Below are positions 59,085 to 64,000 of a stretch of DNA of 64,000 nt, in pieces (position 1 is the first letter of the stretch; every line of letters begins with the position of its first letter). Under the pieces are notes generated by a model. That model saw only the letters and a list, made by a program, of their open reading frames with translations, had not been told where the DNA came from and made no database searches. The stretch is from the NCBI GenBank assembly GCA_947305675.1, contig CAMZED010000001.1, positions 1,589 through 65,588 on the forward strand, given 5' to 3'. The stretch is from an uncultured Clostridia bacterium. Lineage in GTDB: Bacteria; Bacillota; Clostridia; Oscillospirales; CAG-382. Both the position numbers and the translations under genes were made by a program.

Positions 59085-59621
59085 TTAATATGCTGCCCTT
59101 AGTTTTTTAATTGCGCGTGAATAGCGCTTTCGCGCCGCTTCCGCGGTGATCCCGACTATCCCGGCGATCTCGCGGAACTTAAAGCCGTCGACTGCTTTAA
59201 GCACCACTATATCGCGGTCGGTGCCGTCGAGAATTGCCAGAAGACGGTTCATTTTGTCAGCCTCGGCATACGATTCGGCAAAATCGCCTTCACGGGAGAG
59301 GGAATCAAGGACTTCGCCGTCCTCCGCGGTCTCTTTTTGCCGTCGGCGAAGCAGGTCTATCGCCGAGTTCCGCGCGACAGACATAGCCCACGCCCTTGCG
59401 TTACCGTCGTCGCGGTAACCCGAGGCGCCGCGAAGGATCTTCAAAAAAGCGTCCTGCAAAGCGTCTTCGGCGTCGGTGGGGTTCTTAAGTATCGTATAGG
59501 CGAGAGCATACATCGGCTTGCCGAGCAGATCATATAAAACGGCAAGTGCGGTTTGATCGCCTTCCGATAATCTTTTCATCGCCGCGGCGCAGTCGTATTT
59601 ATTTCCCGGCCTGTCTGACAT
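59085..59621 (-). CDS. ECF-type RNA polymerase sigma-70 family factor
   Basis: Region 2 ..DAEDALQDAFLKI.. and region 4 ..FKFREIAGIVGITAEAARKRYSRAIKKLR. Start moved to ATG 59621 after AAGGAGGTG. Confidence 0.85.
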   Translation of the reverse strand: MSDRPGNKYDCAAAMKRLSEGDQTALAVLYDLLGKPMYALAYTILKNPTDAEDALQDAFLKILRGASGYRDDGNARAWAMSVARNSAIDLLRRRQKETAEDGEVLDSLSREGDFAESYAEADKMNRLLAILDGTDRDIVVLKAVDGFKFREIAGIVGITAEAARKRYSRAIKKLRAAY

Positions 59622-59721
59622 AAGAGCCACCTCCTTTGGGGCTTTCACATATTAATACGGACTTATCGGCAAAAAACGGACAAAAAATTTCCGTTTCTGC
59701 CGTTTTTTATAATAGCATATG

Positions 59722-59776
59722 AAAACAAAAAAATCAAGCCGGGATAAACGATCAAAAAAATATCATTTATCCCGGC
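59722..59776 (-). terminator. terminator of the spoIIIA operon
   Basis: Minus strand: GCCGGGATAAA..TTTATCCCGGC 11-bp stem, then TTGATTTTTTTGTTTTC. Confidence 0.7.
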
Positions 59777-59821
59777 TATCCCGGCGTAAATCCTTTTTAT
59801 GCGCACTTCGCGCGGAAAGGT

Positions 59822-60469
59822 CTATTGTTTTTTCGCTTCGACAACGGTGATGTTCTCGACGGGGATCCCCGCCTGTTCATAGACGATCTCGGTTATCTGA
59901 ACGAGTTCCTCGGGAACGAGCCCCTCGGTGTTCACGATTATCGAGCAGGTCTTTCCGCTTATCACCGCGCAGCAATCGGCGATCCCTTTTGCGCGGATGA
60001 GCGTTTCGATATTCGCCTCGGCGCTCATTTCATCGGCGATCGCGGCGATCGAAGTCAGCGCCGATTCCTTGGCGTCGGGCATTGCGTCGGGGCTGTCGGC
60101 AATGGTGCGAAGGACCTCAAGCGCGCTGTCGCGCACCTGAGTGCGGTTTATAAGCGCCATGGCAAAGAAGTCGCCCTCGTTTGCGGCGCCGCCTTTTTCG
60201 GTCGGCTGCGACGAAACTTCGGCTTCCGCCGAGGCACGCGTTTCGGAATCGACCAGCAGAGTGTTGCCGAGCACTTTCGCGCCCTCCGGATCGACCGTCT
60301 CCGGCGAATCACCGCGCTTCGATACCAGCGAACCGACCGCCACCGTTATGCTGACCAGGACCAGACATCCTACGGTTATAAACGCCTTTGTTCCGATGAA
60401 TTTTTTCCACTCGATATTTTTGATTTTTCCCGTAAGTTCTTTGCATTTTTGTTTAAGATCCATAACCAT
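59822..60469 (-). CDS. spoIIIAH: stage III sporulation protein AH
   Basis: Last gene of the spoIIIA cluster. N-terminal TM helix then a YscJ/FliF-like domain. ATG 60463 is better spaced from the GGAGG RBS. Confidence 0.8.
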   Translation of the reverse strand: MVMDLKQKCKELTGKIKNIEWKKFIGTKAFITVGCLVLVSITVAVGSLVSKRGDSPETVDPEGAKVLGNTLLVDSETRASAEAEVSSQPTEKGGAANEGDFFAMALINRTQVRDSALEVLRTIADSPDAMPDAKESALTSIAAIADEMSAEANIETLIRAKGIADCCAVISGKTCSIIVNTEGLVPEELVQITEIVYEQAGIPVENITVVEAKKQ

Positions 60470-60505
60470 GCCTCCGCATTTGTTTATTAACAGGTTTTTG
60501 TGGTA

Positions 60506-61027
60506 CTATGATTGTACGCTGATGCGGTTGCTCTTTATGTCAAAAAGCGCGCACATCAACTCGATAATTTTGTATTGCGTTTCGTAAGAGGCTCCGCGGC
60601 AGACCACCGCCACCCCCGCCACGGAGGGCATCGATTCCGAAACCAGAGTCGGCGTTTTGTTCCCGCCCGATTCGGCAAACGCAACGGTTTTGTCGGTCTG
60701 TTTGCTGCCCGAACCCGGTTCCGAGGTCTCGCGCACGTGTTGATCGGTCGCATATATCCGGCGATAACCTTCCGAAAGAGTTATTACCACCCTGCAATCC
60801 TTTACGCCGCCGAGTTCTTTTATAAGCTCTTCGGCTTTTTCTTCAAGCAGCAGGCAGTAATCCGCCGCGGTCTCGTTGTTTTCCGATACCGTCGGCTCGG
60901 TCTTTTCGCCGCCGGGAAGGATCAAAAGCATTATCCCGGCGAACGCCCCCAGAACCGCAAAGATGAGTTTTTTGCTTCCGGCGGCTTTTTCAAACAGACC
61001 GAAAACGCCTTTTTTATCCTTCGACAA
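60506..61027 (-). CDS. spoIIIAG: stage III sporulation protein AG
   Basis: Position in the operon, N-terminal TM helix, C-terminal ring-forming domain ..VAGVAVVCRGA.. Confidence 0.8.
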   Translation of the reverse strand: MSKDKKGVFGLFEKAAGSKKLIFAVLGAFAGIMLLILPGGEKTEPTVSENNETAADYCLLLEEKAEELIKELGGVKDCRVVITLSEGYRRIYATDQHVRETSEPGSGSKQTDKTVAFAESGGNKTPTLVSESMPSVAGVAVVCRGASYETQYKIIELMCALFDIKSNRISVQS

Positions 61028-61469
61028 CTTCCGCTTCTCCCCCCAACCGGTTTTTCAAAAAATCTTCCACCGCCTGTTTTTTGCCCTTATCGGCTATTCC
61101 GACGGTTATCCGGTTTATCACCGCGCCGTCCTCCCGCCAATCTATTTCTATGTCGGCGTACAGCGGATTTATGCCGAATTCGCCGGAAATAATATCGCAA
61201 ATATATTTTTCGCTTTGCCGCTTTGTCTCTTCCCGCGCAAGCGAGTCAAGGTCGGGTCCGGATAAAGCCGGAACGGAGGTATCGGAACCCGGCGCGGATA
61301 TTTCGCTTCCGACCGAGCCGATAACGCCTTTAAGCGGAAGCAGCATAAGGCACAAGCAGACGAGCGAAGCCGCGAATTTCATATGCTTTTCGTATTTTTC
61401 GCCGGCGATAAGCGAGCAAAGCCCTCCGATCACCGCGGCAAGCATCAAAGAAAAAAAGTAATCTCTCAT
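61014..61469 (-). CDS. spoIIIAF: stage III sporulation protein AF
   Basis: Position in the operon and two N-terminal TM helices. Confidence 0.75.
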   Translation of the reverse strand: MRDYFFSLMLAAVIGGLCSLIAGEKYEKHMKFAASLVCLCLMLLPLKGVIGSVGSEISAPGSDTSVPALSGPDLDSLAREETKRQSEKYICDIISGEFGINPLYADIEIDWREDGAVINRITVGIADKGKKQAVEDFLKNRLGGEAEVVEG

Positions 61470-61481
61470 CAGGCACTCCTT

Positions 61482-62561
61482 TTAAATGCTTACAAATACC
61501 GCCATTGCGATCAGCGCCGCCGCTCCCGCGCCGAGCGTAAGGGCAAAAAGGATCCCGGTCATCCCGCCGACCGTTGAAAGGAACCGCGATTCCGGTTCGC
61601 GCCCCAAAGCTTTTGCCGCGGCGGAAGAAAGCGAAAACACCACGCGCGCGCACAAAGTCACCGCCGCCGGAGGCAGTACCGCCGCAAATATCATCACCAC
61701 CCCGGCGGTGCCGACCGTGCCTTTTACCACCGCCGCCGAAGCCGCCAGCGTGCGGTAGGCGTCGCCGAGTATGCCGCCGATCACCGGGACGAACGCCCCG
61801 GAAGCAAACCTTACGCTGCGTGATACGTAACTGTCGCCCGTCGCGGCGACCGAAGTCTGTATGTAAAGCGTAAAACCCAGGATCGTAAAAACAAACGACA
61901 TTATCGCCGTCGCGGTCGTTTTTACCGCGTTCGCCACGGACGAAATATCGATCCCGCCCGGGATCGCGCCGCACAGCGCCAGCGCAAAGCAAACGCTTAA
62001 AAGCGGGAGCAGCAGTTTGGAACAGATAATTTCAAGCACCGTCAAAAAAAGCAGGAATCCCGAACTGCTCGCCGCGCCCGCCGCGGCGTTGCCTCCCGCC
62101 GCGTAGAGCGAAGCCATCACCGGCTGCAGCGAGGTGATCGCCAGCGAAAGCGATTGCATACCGGCGTTAACGAACACAAAGACCTCGTAGATCAGCGAAT
62201 AAGCCGCGGCCGACAGCAGCAAAAGCGATATATATCCGCCCGCCTTGCCGAGCGCTTCGGATCCGTCGCCCAGCGCCGCCATTATTCCGCAGAATATTAT
62301 TGCGGCGAGCAAAACGCCCGCGCCCGCCGCAATTGTGCCGGAGTTTTCGCTGATCGCTGAGAAGGTTATGTTCAACGCCTTTTCAAAAACATTCACCGTT
62401 TTTTTGCCCGAAAGCTCGTCCCCGCTCAGCGCGGAAGATTCAAGCCTGTCGGCACCCGTCTCGGCGGCGATCCGCTCGGTATTGTCTTCTGCGCGCGCAT
62501 AAAACGGCAATATCAGCAAGACCGAAACGGTCGCCAATAACAACGCGGCGGCTTTTTTCAT
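61482..62561 (-). CDS. spoIIIAE: stage III sporulation protein AE
   Basis: Signal peptide plus a polytopic Ala/Gly-rich membrane protein. Position in the operon. Confidence 0.85.
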   Translation of the reverse strand: MKKAAALLLATVSVLLILPFYARAEDNTERIAAETGADRLESSALSGDELSGKKTVNVFEKALNITFSAISENSGTIAAGAGVLLAAIIFCGIMAALGDGSEALGKAGGYISLLLLSAAAYSLIYEVFVFVNAGMQSLSLAITSLQPVMASLYAAGGNAAAGAASSSGFLLFLTVLEIICSKLLLPLLSVCFALALCGAIPGGIDISSVANAVKTTATAIMSFVFTILGFTLYIQTSVAATGDSYVSRSVRFASGAFVPVIGGILGDAYRTLAASAAVVKGTVGTAGVVMIFAAVLPPAAVTLCARVVFSLSSAAAKALGREPESRFLSTVGGMTGILFALTLGAGAAALIAMAVFVSI

Positions 62562-62941
62562 TGCATCAGTTCCTTTGCGGTATTCAAAAGTTGTTCGATC
62601 AGCGGCAGGCTCAGGACCACTATCCCCACCTTGCCCGCCAATTCAACGTGCGAAGCGAGCGAGCTTTCTCCGCAGTCACGGCAGACGTCGGCGCTCATCC
62701 TGCAGCACAGAGATATCGCCAAAGCCTTTACCATTACCGTAAAATATCCTTCCGCCCCGGTCGACGCGGAATAGCCTTTTACGGCTTCCAAAAAAGGCCC
62801 CAGCCCGTCCAGGACATAGACAAGCGTTATTATACCCGCCGCCGCGGCGGCAAGATCGGCAAGCTCGGGGCGGATCCGTCGCAGGACGGTCAACGCCGTT
62901 ACCGCCGCCGCCGAAAAAACGCAGACCGCCAGCGGATTCAC
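62558..62941 (-). CDS. spoIIIAD: stage III sporulation protein AD
   Basis: 127-aa four-TM protein. Position in the operon. Confidence 0.85.
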   Translation of the reverse strand: MNPLAVCVFSAAAVTALTVLRRIRPELADLAAAAAGIITLVYVLDGLGPFLEAVKGYSASTGAEGYFTVMVKALAISLCCRMSADVCRDCGESSLASHVELAGKVGIVVLSLPLIEQLLNTAKELMQ

Positions 62942-63132
62942 AGCCCGAAAGCGCTTTTAAGCGCGTTGAACAGCGAGGCGATCTCGTTCACCAGCATAAG
63001 CGCAACGATCACCACTCCCGCCACCGTCACAAAGGTCGCCTGCTCGTCCCTTCCGTTTTTCTGAAGTATCTGGCAAGCCACGCCGACGATAAGCCCTATT
63101 CCGGCGATTTTAAGTATAAGCGATATGTTCAT
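62938..63132 (-). CDS. spoIIIAC: stage III sporulation protein AC
   Basis: MNISLILKIAGIGLIVGVACQILQKNGRDEQATFVTVAGVVIV is the typical 64-aa SpoIIIAC. Confidence 0.9.
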   Translation of the reverse strand: MNISLILKIAGIGLIVGVACQILQKNGRDEQATFVTVAGVVIVALMLVNEIASLFNALKSAFGL

Positions 63133-63144
63133 AGTGTTTCTCCG

Positions 63145-63630
63145 TCAAATCAAAAGTATCGCCGCAAGCAGACCGATCAGCAGCGCGCACACCCGAACGC
63201 TGCGCTGCCGGTCCTTCAGCCCCGCTCCCGTCTTCTCGCGCTCGGACATCAAAAAAGCCGAAAACTCATCCAGCCTCTTTTCCTGATCGTCATAGCCGAG
63301 TTTTCCGAGCTCCGCCCCGAAAGCAAGGCAGGCTTCCTTTGCCTCGCCGCCGATGGGCAGTTGTTCCGCGGCGGATTCCCACAGGACGGAAATATCGCCG
63401 CTTTGCCGCATTATCGGCAGGAACCCCTGCTTTTCAAGCCGTTCGTTGCGGTATTGCGAAAAAATTATTCTCAGCGGGACCCGCCCGCTTTTTATCCTGC
63501 GGCGAAGATATTCGTTCATATCATAAAGCGCGTCGAGCGTTTTTAAGGTTTCTTTCTCATAAGCGGCGACGACCGCTCCGACCGCCCACGAAGAAAGCAC
63601 CAGCGCCAAAGCGCCGATATATCTCAACAT
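63145..63630 (-). CDS. spoIIIAB: stage III sporulation protein AB
   Basis: Size, N-terminal TM helix, and position in the operon. Confidence 0.85.
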   Translation of the reverse strand: MLRYIGALALVLSSWAVGAVVAAYEKETLKTLDALYDMNEYLRRRIKSGRVPLRIIFSQYRNERLEKQGFLPIMRQSGDISVLWESAAEQLPIGGEAKEACLAFGAELGKLGYDDQEKRLDEFSAFLMSEREKTGAGLKDRQRSVRVCALLIGLLAAILLI

Positions 63631-64000
63631 ATGTTTCCGATCTCACCGACCTTCCCGTGCGAAAGTAAAACGTATTTTTTAAAAGCGCCGGAGACGACAA
63701 GCTCGCGCAGTCCCGGGCGGGAGGAAACGTCTTCGATTCCCGCGCCGTGGGCGGAAGCGATCACCGCCGCGCCGCAGTTCACCGCCCCCGCGACGCTTGC
63801 CGAATCGGAAGCCGAGATCTCGTCGCAGATTATCGCCTGGGGCGACATCGTCCGGGTGAGCATTTCTATCGCCGCGGATTTGTTTATACCCGAAAGAACG
63901 TCCAGAAAGCCGCAGTTCGGCGGCATCGCGGCGGCGATCTCGCTGCGTTCGTCGGCTATCGCCACCCGAAAACCGCCCGTCGCCCCGCTTTGCGAAAGCA
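63624..64000 (-). CDS. spoIIIAA: stage III sporulation protein AA (ATPase), N-terminal part outside the window
   Basis: C-terminal AAA-type region ..MSPQAIICDEI..ASAHG.. The frame stays open to the window edge. Confidence 0.85.
   Translation of the reverse strand, partial: LSQSGATGGFRVAIADERSEIAAAMPPNCGFLDVLSGINKSAAIEMLTRTMSPQAIICDEISASDSASVAGAVNCGAAVIASAHGAGIEDVSSRPGLRELVVSGAFKKYVLLSHGKVGEIGNIC

Noticed and set aside
59622-59720. ECF-type auto-promoter upstream of the sigma gene
   Set aside because: A GAAAC element is present, but the nearest CGT lies only 14 nt downstream. I could not fit the AAC-N16/17-CGT spacing, so it is not reported as a feature.

Overview
This 64-kb window comes from a GC-rich, endospore-forming Firmicute with Clostridia-type gene content. 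About 75 protein genes and one tRNA are supported.

Layout:
- Replication-origin core: jag-yidC-yidD-rnpA-rpmH on the minus strand (38.8-41.6 kb) and dnaA-dnaN-recF-remB-gyrB-gyrA on the plus strand (43.2-51.8 kb).
- Left flank (7.4-38.7 kb), mostly housekeeping: ldhA, ZIP transporter, ytfJ/ytfI, scpAB, nusB-xseA, hslO, dut, rplS-lepB-ylqF-rnhB-yraN-thrC, nagA-ROK, a BlaI/M56 module, trkAH, pgk-tpiA.
- Right flank (52.4-64 kb): mrp, tsaD-rimI, a dCMP deaminase, an ECF sigma with a vWA membrane protein, and a complete spoIIIAA-AH operon. spoIIIAA is cut by the window edge.
- Far left: partial metF, a methyltransferase and a yerC-like gene.

The only clearly accessory DNA is a low-GC islet of about 3.9 kb (about 3.5-7.35 kb) beside tRNA-Val(GAC). 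It carries an XRE-family regulator, an unknown gene, a Doc/DinJ toxin-antitoxin pair and a small lipoprotein. It is punctuated by repeated copies of a tRNA 3' end plus terminator and has no integrase.

I did not find a convincing new multi-gene system (no CRISPR, reverse transcriptase, recombinase or defence-type enzymes). The observations most worth follow-up are:
1. A dense, co-oriented DnaA-box cluster downstream of tsaD, 9.3 kb from dnaA.
2. An atypical oriC: no DnaA boxes upstream of dnaA, a membrane glycosyltransferase gene between rpmH and dnaA, and weak boxes plus a DnaA-trio-like element in the dnaA-dnaN spacer.
3. Gene orientation on both flanks that runs against the fork direction expected from this origin.
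4. The nested tRNA-end scars of the islet.
5. An RNB-domain protein whose four catalytic aspartates are all substituted.

All calls rest on reading the sequence and ORF translations. No database search was run.
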